Positions 8,832 through 18,681 of a stretch of DNA of 64,000 nucleotides are shown here, piece by piece (position 1 is the stretch's first letter; each line of letters begins with the position of its first letter). The DNA is taken from NCBI GenBank assembly GCA_964408825.1, contig CAYPAU010000001.1:76789-140788 (forward strand), in the 5' to 3' direction. The position numbers and the translations under genes were made by a program. This DNA comes from an uncultured Gammaproteobacteria bacterium. Its GTDB lineage: Bacteria > Patescibacteriota > Microgenomatia > Levybacterales > UBA12049. The notes below the pieces were generated by a model. It had not been told where the DNA came from. It was given only the letters and a program-made list of their open reading frames with translations, and ran no database searches.

Positions 8832-10426
8832 AAGTTTCCCTAAAGAAGTTTAAAGCTTTTGTTTTAAATCCCAATTTAGTGATTATTGTTATTCTTGTTT
8901 TAGCCTCCTTTTTGAGACTATACAGAATACAGGATTACATGACCTTCCTTGGAGATGAGGGAAGAGATGTACTGGTTGTCTATAATATTCTCCATGGGAA
9001 TTTAACACTCCTTGGCCCGGCTGCTTCGGTAGGAGGTTTTTTCCTTGGTCCTATTTATTACTATTTTATGGTCCCCTTTCTGTGGATGTTTAATTACAAT
9101 CCTGTCGGACCGGCTATTATGGTAGCACTTTTTGGGGTCGCTACGGTTTATCTACTTTATAGATTTGCATCCGAGCTTTTCAATAAAAGAATAGGTCTTA
9201 TTGCAGCACTTTTATACTCAATTTCTCCTATCGTGATAGCATATTCTCGTTCTTCCTGGAATCCAAATCTAATGCCGTTTTTCTCACTTTCTTCCCTGTA
9301 TGTTTTATATAGAGCTGTAAAAATTAACAGCTGGAAGCTTTTTCTACTTTGCGGATTTCTTTTGGGAATTTCAATGCAGCTTCATTATCTTGCATTTTTC
9401 TTAGGTGCTGTTGTGGCTTCTTATATTTTAATAGTCGATCTTTTAGGAAAGTTTTATGCAGGGAAAAAGAGCTTGGATTTTGTTAAACAATACTTTCTGG
9501 TTTTCATAGGTTTTCTAATTGGTTTGTCTCCTTTTCTTGCATTTGAAGCAAGGCATGGTTTTCAAAATATAACAAGTATTTACGGTTTTGTATTTAAATC
9601 GGACGAGACCGGAGTCGGTCTTTCTTTCTTCTCAAGTGTTTATGATGTTTTCTTTAGGCTATTTGCGAGGCTTGTCGCAAATTTTCCGGCGTATGATCAA
9701 ATTGCGGCAGGACAACACTCAAATATAGCGCTATGGTATGTCTTGGCGTTTCTCCTGGGACTTAGCTCGCTTTCTATTTTGGTTTATAAATTTATTAAAA
9801 ATTTTCCTTATTCTAAAGAAAAGTACAAAAAAAACTATGGTGAATTCCTGAAAATTTACTTGCTATTTGCATGGCTTGGCGTTGGCATAATTCTCTTTGG
9901 GTTTTATAGAAAACCGATTTATGAGTATTATTTTGGTTTTATGTTTGTTTTACCCTTTATTCTTTCGGCCCACGCCTTAGATTTTCTTAATTCAAAAAAG
10001 ATTCTATTAAAAATAACTTCAGTTATAGCTTTTATCGCACTTCTTGCTGTTAATCTTTACGGCATGCCATTTAAATATGAGCCGAACAGACAATTAAAGC
10101 AGGTCAAAACCATTGCAGAGTTTGTTTTGAATAAAACAGAAAGTAGGCCGTTTAACTTTGCCTTGATTACCGGCGGGAATTCGGATCATGCCTACCGCTA
10201 TTTTTTCAAGCTAAGAAATCAGGATCCGGTAGCAATTGAGCCTCCGGTAACTGATCCCGCGAGAAAAACGGTTACTGACCAACTTTTGGTGGTTTGTGAA
10301 GGACCATGTCAACCTCTAGGAAACTCTCTTTGGGAAGTGGCAGGGTTTGGAAGAGCGGAAATCGCAGGCGAGTGGAACATCATTGTCGTAAAAGTATATA
10401 AACTGGTCCACTATAAGGAAAAGTAG
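8828..10426 (+). CDS. GT-C membrane glycosyltransferase (PMT_2/ArnT-like)
   Basis: LRLY..FLGDEGRD first loop, GPIYYY, SRSSWNPN; multiple hydrophobic segments. Confidence 0.82.
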   Translation: MKVSLKKFKAFVLNPNLVIIVILVLASFLRLYRIQDYMTFLGDEGRDVLVVYNILHGNLTLLGPAASVGGFFLGPIYYYFMVPFLWMFNYNPVGPAIMVALFGVATVYLLYRFASELFNKRIGLIAALLYSISPIVIAYSRSSWNPNLMPFFSLSSLYVLYRAVKINSWKLFLLCGFLLGISMQLHYLAFFLGAVVASYILIVDLLGKFYAGKKSLDFVKQYFLVFIGFLIGLSPFLAFEARHGFQNITSIYGFVFKSDETGVGLSFFSSVYDVFFRLFARLVANFPAYDQIAAGQHSNIALWYVLAFLLGLSSLSILVYKFIKNFPYSKEKYKKNYGEFLKIYLLFAWLGVGIILFGFYRKPIYEYYFGFMFVLPFILSAHALDFLNSKKILLKITSVIAFIALLAVNLYGMPFKYEPNRQLKQVKTIAEFVLNKTESRPFNFALITGGNSDHAYRYFFKLRNQDPVAIEPPVTDPARKTVTDQLLVVCEGPCQPLGNSLWEVAGFGRAEIAGEWNIIVVKVYKLVHYKEK

Positions 10427-10441
10427 GATTTGTCTCGTCTC

Positions 10442-10822
10442 ATGAAGATTTATATTGCTTCAAGAACAGCGCGCCGAGAAGAAGTAAAAAAAATAAACAA
10501 TCTTTTCAAGGATAAGGGATATGAAGTTCTTGATTGGACTTGGCATAAGTATATTAAGCCTTATTTTAAGAATAAAAAACTAGCCAAAGATTATGCCATT
10601 GAAGATATACAAAACATTAAGGAATCTGACATATTTATATTTCTTGCTGATAAAACTTTTGGAGCCGGTTCGACTACAGAGCTTGGGTCAGCCATTGCCT
10701 TTTTTGTAGAAAGAAAAAAGCCAAAGATCTACGTGGTTGGTGATAATTCAGCTAACTTATTTTATTACCACCCAGCTATAAATTATAGAAACTCAGTAGT
10801 TGAGATAATAGAAGAAATGTAA
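10442..10822 (+). CDS. Nucleoside 2-deoxyribosyltransferase-like protein
   Basis: MKIYIAS...DI..IKESDIFIFL...GAGSTTELG pattern. Confidence 0.65.
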   Translation: MKIYIASRTARREEVKKINNLFKDKGYEVLDWTWHKYIKPYFKNKKLAKDYAIEDIQNIKESDIFIFLADKTFGAGSTTELGSAIAFFVERKKPKIYVVGDNSANLFYYHPAINYRNSVVEIIEEM

Positions 10823-10829
10823 TTTCAAT

Positions 10830-10863
10830 AAAAAACCCCACTGAGCAGAAGGAGGGGTTTTTT
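10830..10863. terminator. Bidirectional intrinsic terminator
   Basis: AAAAAACCCC-N14-GGGGTTTTTT between convergent genes. Confidence 0.75.
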
Positions 10864-10914
10864 ATTTTTTTGTTCTTGAAGGTAAATTATTTTCCTTGCA
10901 AGGACCTTCAAGGA

Positions 10915-11058
10915 TTAAGACGAGCCAATCTTGTACATGCCGGTTCCACATACTGGGCATTTGCCCTTAAGAGCTGGTTTGCCGTTTTTCATTGTAACTT
11001 TTTGGGCATTCGGGTCATCTCTTTTGGCTCGGCATTTTACACAATACATTGTAGCCAT
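10915..11058 (-). CDS. DUF5679-like small basic zinc-ribbon protein (47 aa)
   Basis: MATMYCVKCRAKR...VTMKNGKPALKGKCPVCGTGMYKIG; strong SD AAAGGAGGTGA upstream sets the start at 11058. Confidence 0.85.
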   Translation of the reverse strand: MATMYCVKCRAKRDDPNAQKVTMKNGKPALKGKCPVCGTGMYKIGSS

Positions 11059-11075
11059 TTTTATATCACCTCCTT

Positions 11076-11372
11076 TCAATAGGAAATTCCAGGTAAAGTA
11101 ATAACATGGATTTTCAGCATTAGTAAAAGAAAAATCTGAAATGCGATAATCAGTGCTGTTACCCAAGCAGTTTTCGTAATATCTTTTATAAGATATGGGT
11201 AGTTACTTACGGTTATTTTAGGTTCCGCAAGTTGAGGTTCTAAAGTTGTGGTTTCAGTTTTAGTTTCTTTTAATTCTTCCCTTGCGGTATAAGAGTTTAA
11301 CTTAGTAGCATTAAGTCTGCGATGAAGGTCTGCTAGAACTTTTTCCCTGCGGGTTTTCCTTTTTTTATTCAT
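11076..11372 (-). CDS. Hypothetical small membrane protein
   Basis: 98-aa ORF with basic N-terminus and one C-terminal TM segment. Confidence 0.65.
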   Translation of the reverse strand: MNKKRKTRREKVLADLHRRLNATKLNSYTAREELKETKTETTTLEPQLAEPKITVSNYPYLIKDITKTAWVTALIIAFQIFLLLMLKIHVITLPGISY

Positions 11373-11392
11373 GTTTTCCGCGATAGAGCCTA

Positions 11393-11432
11393 GATTACAC
11401 TATTGACATCGTGCCTGTCAAGAGGCTAATAT
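11393..11432. promoter_or_regulatory. Putative overlapping divergent sigma70 promoters
   Basis: TTGACA (11403-08) and TGTCAA (11416-21), each with a TAATNT -10-like box about 18 bp downstream. Confidence 0.45.
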
Positions 11433-11444
11433 AGATTGATACAC

Positions 11445-11909
11445 ATGTTATCGAATTTACCCCTTCTTCTGGCCGGCTTTCTGTTTATCTGGGTATTTAT
11501 CCTTACGTTCTTTTTTTGGCAAATGTATGCTCATTACAATAGATTAGTAAAAGGAGCAAATAACAAGAGTCTTAAATCGATTCTTGAAGAAATTATTGAA
11601 AGAATGGATGAATATAAAAAGAATATTAAGGCCCTCGAGGATTATTGTGACAATTTAAATAAGGAAGAGCTTCTTCACATAAAAAAAATAGGACTTCATA
11701 GATTCAATCCTTTTAAAGATACTGGAGGAGATCAAAGTTTTACACTTTCTCTCGTTGACTCAAGCGATACCGGAGTGGTAATTTCGGCCCTGTATTCACG
11801 TTCGGGAACCCGCTGGTACGCAAAAAAGATAGTAAACGGTAAGGGGGTAGAAATAGAACTTTCAGAAGAAGAGAAAAAGGCTCTTAAGTTAGGGAATAAA
11901 GAAAATTAA
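11445..11909 (+). CDS. DUF4446 family protein
   Basis: N-terminal TM, coiled coil, RFNPFKDTGGDQSF...YAK motif. Confidence 0.8.
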   Translation: MLSNLPLLLAGFLFIWVFILTFFFWQMYAHYNRLVKGANNKSLKSILEEIIERMDEYKKNIKALEDYCDNLNKEELLHIKKIGLHRFNPFKDTGGDQSFTLSLVDSSDTGVVISALYSRSGTRWYAKKIVNGKGVEIELSEEEKKALKLGNKEN

Positions 11910-11910
11910 T

Positions 11911-13089
11911 ATGAATAGAAGGAATTTATTAACACTAGGTCTTATTATTTTGATTTATGTTCTCTCGGCAGGAGTTTCCTACAAGATTTTATCAAGCGTC
12001 AATGTTCCGGACTTTTCAAAACCGGTATCACCTCCAAAACCCGGGGAGGGTGGACGTCTTGTTTTTGATCCAAATCTTCCAAGAACTCAAGAGTGCCCCT
12101 TAAATGGTGCAAAGTATTCAAAACAACAAGAGCAGTGGTTTAGAAAACATAGACCCCTCGGAGTTATGATCGAAAATCATCAAGAAGCAAGACCACAATC
12201 AGGCCTTTCTTTTGCAGATGTAATATACGAAGCAGTTGCCGAGGGCGGGATAACGCGATTTTTGGCAGTTTACCTTTGTCAAGACCCGGGTACAATAGGG
12301 CCTGTAAGGTCTGCAAGGACCTATTTTATAGATTTTCTGTCTGAGTATGGAGAATACCCGTTATATGCGCATGTGGGAGGAGCTAATCAACAGGGACAGG
12401 CAGATGCAATATCTCAACTCTCAACCTATAAATGGGCCGCATATAATGATCTAAATCAGTTTTCAATAGGTTTCCTTGTATTTTGGAGAGATTACGAAAG
12501 ACTGGGACGCACCGTAGCAACAGAGCACACCATGTATTCTTCCGCAGAGAAACTGTGGGAGTACGCTTCGGAGGAAAGAAAACTTACAAATGAGGATGAA
12601 GATGGGAATTCTTGGGACGAGAATTTTACTCCCTATACTTTTAAAGAAGATGAGGATGTTTCAAAAAGAGGAAAATCCCAAGCAATACATCTTCAGTTTT
12701 GGGATTCACAGCCCGACTATTTTGTTGACTGGAAGTATGATCCAACAACAAATCTATATAGAAGAAATAACGGGAAAAATGGGGACCAGCCGCAATTGGA
12801 TAAGAATACCAATAAACAGTTGACTTCGAAGAATATTGTAGTATTATACATGCAGGAAAGAAATGCAAATGATGGTTACGAAAATAATATCCATTTGCTG
12901 TACAGGACTAGGGGAAGCGGTAAGGCTCAGATATTCATGGATGGAAAGGAAATAAAAGGAACATGGAGGAAAGACAACAGAGCATCAAAAATTAAACTTT
13001 TTGATAGCAGTGGTTCTGAAGTTGAGTTTAACAGAGGTACTTTATGGTTTGAAATTCTGCCCACAGATGGAGTAGTAACTGTAAAATAA
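11911..13089 (+). CDS. DUF3048 (YerB-like) exported protein
   Basis: RPLGVMIEN, ARPQSGL, EGGITRF, GPVRSAR, HVGG motifs. Confidence 0.88.
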   Translation: MNRRNLLTLGLIILIYVLSAGVSYKILSSVNVPDFSKPVSPPKPGEGGRLVFDPNLPRTQECPLNGAKYSKQQEQWFRKHRPLGVMIENHQEARPQSGLSFADVIYEAVAEGGITRFLAVYLCQDPGTIGPVRSARTYFIDFLSEYGEYPLYAHVGGANQQGQADAISQLSTYKWAAYNDLNQFSIGFLVFWRDYERLGRTVATEHTMYSSAEKLWEYASEERKLTNEDEDGNSWDENFTPYTFKEDEDVSKRGKSQAIHLQFWDSQPDYFVDWKYDPTTNLYRRNNGKNGDQPQLDKNTNKQLTSKNIVVLYMQERNANDGYENNIHLLYRTRGSGKAQIFMDGKEIKGTWRKDNRASKIKLFDSSGSEVEFNRGTLWFEILPTDGVVTVK

Positions 13090-13108
13090 TTCTATCCAAG
13101 GGCGGCCT

Positions 13109-13684
13109 ATGTTGTCAGATCTTATTACATCAAAATCTAGAATAAAACTTCTGAATGTATTCTTTTCTAGTCCTTCCGACATGTTTCATGTAAGAGAGCT
13201 TGTCAGAAGAACGGGGGATGAGATAAATGCCGTAAGACGTGAACTCCTTTTCCTAGAAAAAAAAGGTATTCTCTCCAAAGAACCAAGGGCAAATAGAGTA
13301 TATTATTTCCTCTCTAAAAATTACCCATTTTATTTTGATCTTCTTAGACTGGGGATTAAAACGGTCGGGCTTGGTGAAGGAATTATGGAAAATAGAGCAA
13401 AATTGGGAAAAATAAGATACGCCATGTTTTCAGGAAAGTTTGCGCGAAGAATGAAACTTGATCCCGACGAGATTAATCTTCTCATAGTAGGCACTATTGT
13501 TCTTCCTGAGTTGACCCTTCTTGTAAGGGCAGAGGAAAAAAGACTGAATGCTGAAATAAACTATACGGTAATGTCTGAGGAAGAGTTTGATTTCAGAAAA
13601 AAAAGAAGGGATCCATTTATAACTTCTATCCTTTCAGGATCCCGGGTTATGTTAATAGGTGATGAGGAAACGATGCTCCAATGA
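13109..13684 (+). CDS. Winged-HTH transcriptional regulator with a nucleotidyltransferase-like C-terminal domain
   Basis: SKSRIKLL..FHVRELVR...INAVRREL HTH; C-terminal SG...INLLIVG...EINYTV. Confidence 0.7.
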   Translation: MLSDLITSKSRIKLLNVFFSSPSDMFHVRELVRRTGDEINAVRRELLFLEKKGILSKEPRANRVYYFLSKNYPFYFDLLRLGIKTVGLGEGIMENRAKLGKIRYAMFSGKFARRMKLDPDEINLLIVGTIVLPELTLLVRAEEKRLNAEINYTVMSEEEFDFRKKRRDPFITSILSGSRVMLIGDEETMLQ

Positions 13685-15036
13685 AAAAATCTCCGCGGCT
13701 TACCTTTTGGTTAATTATTCTGATAATGCTCGCATCTCTTTTTATAAACCTTCCAAAGCTAGATAATGTAAGTGTCGGTCCCCTCAGAAATGTAAGTTTT
13801 GACCCGTCGAAAATTCTAAAACCTTTAAGACTTTCTCGCGAGTTTGCATTCAGAAGGGGCTTGGATCTTGAAGGGGGGACATCAATTACCTTCAGGGCGG
13901 ATGTGAGAGATATTCCGGCAAGTCAACGAAGCGATGCCCTAAATTCTGCAAAAACCGTTATTGAAAAAAGAATAAATTTGTTTGGAGTGTCAGAGCCCAT
14001 AATTCAGACGGCTGCGGTAAACCAAGATTCAAGGATAATCGTGGAACTACCGGGAGTTACCGATATTGAACAGGCAATAAATTTGATAGGCGCTACAGCC
14101 CAATTGACCTTTTGGGAACAGGGAGCAACTCAATCGGCAAAACAAGCGTCCCCTTCGGCATACCCATTGGGCATAACCCAAATCTTAGGAGAAAATGCTG
14201 TTAAAACCCCTCTTTCCGGTAGTGATCTTGAAAGAGCAGATGTTACATTTGACCAAACAACGGGAGCTCCTCAGGTTCAATTGCGTTTCTCTCCGGAAGG
14301 AACAAAAAAGTTTGCAGATATAACCAAAAGAAACGTAAATAAAATAGTGGCAATAGTCTTGGATAATCAAGTTATTGAGGCACCCGTTGTGAATCAACCG
14401 ATCCTATCGGGAGACGCTGTAATTACCGGCAAATTTACGGTTGAGAATGCGAAACTTCTCTCAACTCAGCTAAATGCAGGTGCTCTTCCCGTTCCACTTT
14501 CTGTTTTGGAACAGCGAGTGATTGGTCCGACACTCGGGGCTGTCTCTCTTGCAAAAAGTCTTTTTGCAGGGATAATCGGATTTTTAATAATAGTTGTTTT
14601 TATGAGTATTATTTACAAAAAGTTCGGAGTTATTGCAAGCTGTGCCCTTGTAATCTATGTGCTTATTAATCTTGCGATCTTTAAAATCAGTAATATTACG
14701 CCGTACGGAATTACCCTTACTCTTTCTGGAATTGCAGGATTTATCCTCTCCGTCGGAATGGCGGTTGATGCAAACATATTGATTTTCGAGAGGATAAAAG
14801 AAGAACTAAGAGGAGGGAGAAGACAGGAGATAGCAATTGAGGTCGGTTTTGCAAGAGCTTGGTCCTCTATCAGGGATTCCAATATATCTACCCTAATAAC
14901 GAGTGCTATTTTATATCAATTCGGTACGGGTGTCGTAAAAGGTTTTGCATTGATTTTGGCAATTGGAGTCCTGGTATCTATGTTCTCGGCGATAATAGTA
15001 ACTCGTACATTTTTAAGATTTGTATATGAAAAATAA
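13681..15036 (+). CDS. secD: Protein translocase subunit SecD
   Basis: GLDLEGG, RINLFGVSEP, AGALPVP, IGPTLG, GMAVDANILIFERIKEE motifs. Confidence 0.97.
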   Translation: MKKSPRLTFWLIILIMLASLFINLPKLDNVSVGPLRNVSFDPSKILKPLRLSREFAFRRGLDLEGGTSITFRADVRDIPASQRSDALNSAKTVIEKRINLFGVSEPIIQTAAVNQDSRIIVELPGVTDIEQAINLIGATAQLTFWEQGATQSAKQASPSAYPLGITQILGENAVKTPLSGSDLERADVTFDQTTGAPQVQLRFSPEGTKKFADITKRNVNKIVAIVLDNQVIEAPVVNQPILSGDAVITGKFTVENAKLLSTQLNAGALPVPLSVLEQRVIGPTLGAVSLAKSLFAGIIGFLIIVVFMSIIYKKFGVIASCALVIYVLINLAIFKISNITPYGITLTLSGIAGFILSVGMAVDANILIFERIKEELRGGRRQEIAIEVGFARAWSSIRDSNISTLITSAILYQFGTGVVKGFALILAIGVLVSMFSAIIVTRTFLRFVYEK

Positions 15037-15949
15037 AATTATAAACCTTGATGTTATAGGAAGAAGAAATATTTATTTTGCCATATCTCTTGCTATTTTA
15101 ATTCCGGGGCTTGTAGCGCTCTTTTTGTTTGGGCTTAATCTTTCTATTGATTTTACGGGAGGTTCAAGACTTTTGGTTGAGTTTAAAGATAAAGCCGAGG
15201 ATAAGAGTATTCATAAGGTAAGGACAATTTTGGAGGCTAAGGGTATTAAAGTCTATACTTTGGAGAAATCCGGCAAGTCGATTTTGGTGCGGACAAGACC
15301 AATGGATCAGAAAGAAAATACAGAATTTCAAAACGAGCTTAAAAAACAGATAAAAGATGCCAATCAGACAGGCTTTGAGACGATTGGTCCAACGATCGGA
15401 AAAGAAACAACAATAAACGCCATAAAAGCCGTAATAGCGGCATCAATACTTATAGTTTTGTATATAGCATGGTCTTTTAGGAAGGTTCCCAAACCTGCGA
15501 GCGGTTTAAGATTTGGCGTAAGCGCAATAATTGCTCTTATTCATGATGTTTTAGTGGTTGTGGGAATTTTTGCAATTTTGGGAAAAGTGTTCGGTGTTGA
15601 AATAGATTCGCTTTTTGTAACAGCCCTTCTTACTGTTATTGGATTTTCTGTTCACGATACGGTTGTGGTTTTTGACAGGATAAGAGAAAATTTAAGGCGA
15701 GAAAGTGTATCTTTCCCGCAAATCGTAAATGATTCAATACTTCAGACACTCGATAGGTCTTTAAATACTTCGCTTACTGTTATCCTAGTTCTTATGGCGC
15801 TTCTAATTTTCGGAGGAGAGACAATTAGATGGTTTGTGGTTGCGCTTCTTATCGGAATAATCTCAGGAACCTATTCTTCAATCTTCAACGCCTCCCCGAT
15901 TCTCGTCGTCTGGCAGGAATGGGTTGATAAAAGAAAAAAGAAAAGCTAA
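15026..15949 (+). CDS. secF: Protein translocase subunit SecF
   Basis: IDFTGG, ALIHD, GFSVHDTVVVFDRIREN, GTYSSIF motifs. Confidence 0.97.
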   Translation: MKNKIINLDVIGRRNIYFAISLAILIPGLVALFLFGLNLSIDFTGGSRLLVEFKDKAEDKSIHKVRTILEAKGIKVYTLEKSGKSILVRTRPMDQKENTEFQNELKKQIKDANQTGFETIGPTIGKETTINAIKAVIAASILIVLYIAWSFRKVPKPASGLRFGVSAIIALIHDVLVVVGIFAILGKVFGVEIDSLFVTALLTVIGFSVHDTVVVFDRIRENLRRESVSFPQIVNDSILQTLDRSLNTSLTVILVLMALLIFGGETIRWFVVALLIGIISGTYSSIFNASPILVVWQEWVDKRKKKS

Positions 15950-15958
15950 GATATAAAT

Positions 15959-16336
15959 ATGGAAGCTCCTGTTAAATCCGAACAAAAAAGAAGAATATCA
16001 ATTCCGCTTCATGAAGTCGACCCTGGTGAAATAGCAAGATCATTAAAAGACTGGGAATTTTACGGAGGAGGGTCACACCCTAATAGAGACTGGAATTTTA
16101 AGCTAAACCAAATGACTGAAATCCTCCAATTGCGAATACAAGAAAAATTTGATCCAAGAGATGAGGAAAAATGGTCATTCTTTTTACTAGATTTCAAAAG
16201 TAGAGATCGAAAGAAAGCTTATATATTAGAGGATTTTACGGGATTAGTTGTTGAGAAAGTAAGTCTATTTGAAGACGAAGTAACATTTACACGCGGGAAT
16301 AACATGGATAAGGACTATACCAGTGTTAGAGTTTGA
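15959..16336 (+). CDS. Hypothetical protein (frame stays open past TGA 16334-36 to TAA 16475-77)
   Basis: 125-aa ORF immediately after secF; no recognisable motif. Confidence 0.55.
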   Translation: MEAPVKSEQKRRISIPLHEVDPGEIARSLKDWEFYGGGSHPNRDWNFKLNQMTEILQLRIQEKFDPRDEEKWSFFLLDFKSRDRKKAYILEDFTGLVVEKVSLFEDEVTFTRGNNMDKDYTSVRV

Positions 16337-16456
16337 AATGACGGCGAACTCGTAATTGTAATAGATGGAATAAATTTAGGGCATGCCCTTCTTAGCAGGA
16401 ACCCCAGAGAACCAGAACCATATTGGAAAAAAAGAAAGAGAGAAGAAGCAGAAGAA

Positions 16457-16948
16457 TTAAGAAGACGGCAAGACTAAAGAGTCTTTAACTATTTTACTTA
16501 CCAAATTTCCATCGGCGCGGCCTTTTAGTTTTGGCATTAAAGCACCCATGACTCTTCCCATATCTTGTATTGTACTTGCTCCCGTCTCTGAAATTGTTTC
16601 TTCGATAAGTTTTTTTATTTCATCTTCGCTCATTTGCTCGGGTAAATATTTTTGGAGAATTTCAAGTTCCTTTGTTTCCTTATCCACCAGTTCCTGTCGT
16701 CCTGCCTTTCTGAATTCCTCAATTGAATCCTGCCTCTGTTTTGCCTCTTTCTCTATTACAGATAAAACATCTTTCTCATCCGCCTCATAACCTGCACCGC
16801 CCGCCTTGACTTGCGTACGGCGAGGCAGGCCTTTTTGAATCTCATAATAATTTATTGCTGATAAAAGAAGACGAAGAACAGAAGTTTTTAGCTCATCCCT
16901 TGCCAGCATCGATTGTTTGAGTTCTTCTTGTAAGTTTTTCTTTGTCAT
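16457..16948 (-). CDS. yqeY: GatB/YqeY domain protein carrying a 10-aa palindrome-derived insert
   Basis: KQRQDSIEEF..AGRQEL..KE..ELEIL..YLP, DMGRVMG..MPKLKGRADG. Confidence 0.92.
   Translation of the reverse strand: MTKKNLQEELKQSMLARDELKTSVLRLLLSAINYYEIQKGLPRRTQVKAGGAGYEADEKDVLSVIEKEAKQRQDSIEEFRKAGRQELVDKETKELEILQKYLPEQMSEDEIKKLIEETISETGASTIQDMGRVMGALMPKLKGRADGNLVSKIVKDSLVLPSS
16799..16830. repeat. GC-rich palindrome inserted in frame in yqeY
   Basis: Minus strand GCCTGCCTCG-CCGTACGCAAGT-CAAGGCGGGC. Confidence 0.75.
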
Positions 16949-16949
16949 A

Positions 16950-17738
16950 CTAAGACAGATTTCCCATTCCCAGTTGTTTACTTTTGTTAAACATATAAAT
17001 AAAGAACGACGTTGATATTATAAGATAAATTATATTCAATGCAAAGCTTAAAACAATCATGTTAGCCTGAATTTCTCCTTTGAAGAGAAAGCTTCTCATT
17101 TGTTCAAAGATGTAGCTTGAAGGGACAACTTTGGCAATCTCTTGCGCCCAAGATGGTAAGACGTCAACAGGATAAAATGCTGCCGAAAAAGGCGATAAAA
17201 CCGCAGCTCCGGCCCACGCCAATGTTTGAATTCTGGTTCCAAATCTTATAATAAAACCGGCAATAAGAAAGCCGAATGCCCAACCGGTCATAAGAAGACT
17301 TAGGCAAAAAACAATCAGGTAGAATCCAAAATCAAATATGTTATATCCGTAAAGGAAATACGATAAGGTTGCAGAAAAAGAAACACTGATAATTGTTTTT
17401 ATGAATCCGAAAATTAAGAAAGAAATTATCCATTCCTGAACCTTCAGGGGGGACACAAACAAATTTACAAGATTTCTGTCCCAAAACTCTGCGAGAATAT
17501 TTAGATTTATTTCATACTGAGCCCTCCAGATAACTATCCAAAAAACAAGTCCTGTAAGAATAATCGGGACCGACTGAATTGAGTTAGAACTTCTTTTGGC
17601 AAAATATAATCCAACCAGCCCCCAGATGAATAAATCTAAAGCAGGCCAATAAAACAGATCTGTTAGTCTGTCGTAGTTATGTGTTAGATTAAGCCAGTAC
17701 CTGTAGATTATGGCCTTGATACGGTTAAGATTTATCAT
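16950..17738 (-). CDS. ABC-2 type transporter permease
   Basis: About 6 TM segments, AEFWDRNLVNLFVSPL, FYPV.VLP. Confidence 0.9.
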   Translation of the reverse strand: MINLNRIKAIIYRYWLNLTHNYDRLTDLFYWPALDLFIWGLVGLYFAKRSSNSIQSVPIILTGLVFWIVIWRAQYEINLNILAEFWDRNLVNLFVSPLKVQEWIISFLIFGFIKTIISVSFSATLSYFLYGYNIFDFGFYLIVFCLSLLMTGWAFGFLIAGFIIRFGTRIQTLAWAGAAVLSPFSAAFYPVDVLPSWAQEIAKVVPSSYIFEQMRSFLFKGEIQANMIVLSFALNIIYLIISTSFFIYMFNKSKQLGMGNLS

Positions 17739-18639
17739 CGTGCACTACCTCCAAAAAGAAATCTTCAAGGCTCGGTTTATCTATGCTAATTTCCTCATAT
17801 TGGATCTTATGTTCTGACAGTTTATTGAGCAAATCAACAATATTCTTTTCTTTTAAAATGATTCTGAAGCGGAACTTTTTTTCTATAAACTTATAATTAG
17901 TAGATTTTAATAAACTAACCGCCTTACCATAGTCATCTTTAATGAGTAGTTCAACAGTGCTCTCCTTAATTGATCTTGCAAGATTTTCAGGGGTATCCTC
18001 TGCGATAATTTTTCCATGATTTATAACGATTATTCTATCGCACATTTCCTCAACCTCGCTCATATTGTGGGAAGTTAATAAAATACTTACGTCATATTCC
18101 TCTCTTTCCTTCTTAAGAAACTCCCTTATTCTTACAGATATCTCAGGATCTAAGCTTGCTGTAGGCTCATCTAAAAGAATAATTCTTGGATAGTTTAAGA
18201 ATGACTTTGCAAGTAGAAGCCGTGTTGATTCCCCTGCCGAAAGCATATAATACTTTCTGCCCGATAAAAAATTAAGGTCAAATGCTTTAAGTAATTTGTC
18301 AATTCGCTTTATGTCCTTGATTTCATAAAGACCTGCAAAAACTTTCATAATCTCAAATACGGTAAATTGCCATGGAAAACTAATATAAGTAGACGAAAAA
18401 TTTATTTGTTTTAAAATTTCCTCCCTGTTCTTGCTTAAAGATTTTCCAAAATAATTTATATTTCCGCTTGTTGGCTCCATGATACCTAAAAGCATCTGCA
18501 TAGTTGTTGTTTTACCTGCGCCGTTGGGTCCTAAAAATCCCAGTATTTCACCTTCATTTAAAGAAAATGAAATATTATCGACTGCAATAAACTCACCAAA
18601 TTTTTTGGTAAGATTTTTAACCTCTAGGATTTTATTCAT
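17725..18639 (-). CDS. ABC transporter ATP-binding protein
   Basis: Walker A GPNGAGKTT, signature LSAGE, Walker B ILLDEPT, H-loop TSH; start reassigned to ATG 18639. Confidence 0.95.
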   Translation of the reverse strand: MNKILEVKNLTKKFGEFIAVDNISFSLNEGEILGFLGPNGAGKTTTMQMLLGIMEPTSGNINYFGKSLSKNREEILKQINFSSTYISFPWQFTVFEIMKVFAGLYEIKDIKRIDKLLKAFDLNFLSGRKYYMLSAGESTRLLLAKSFLNYPRIILLDEPTASLDPEISVRIREFLKKEREEYDVSILLTSHNMSEVEEMCDRIIVINHGKIIAEDTPENLARSIKESTVELLIKDDYGKAVSLLKSTNYKFIEKKFRFRIILKEKNIVDLLNKLSEHKIQYEEISIDKPSLEDFFLEVVHDDKS

Positions 18640-18681
18640 AAGAATTATTGTACAGCTTTGGGGATTTAAGGGCAATTGCGG

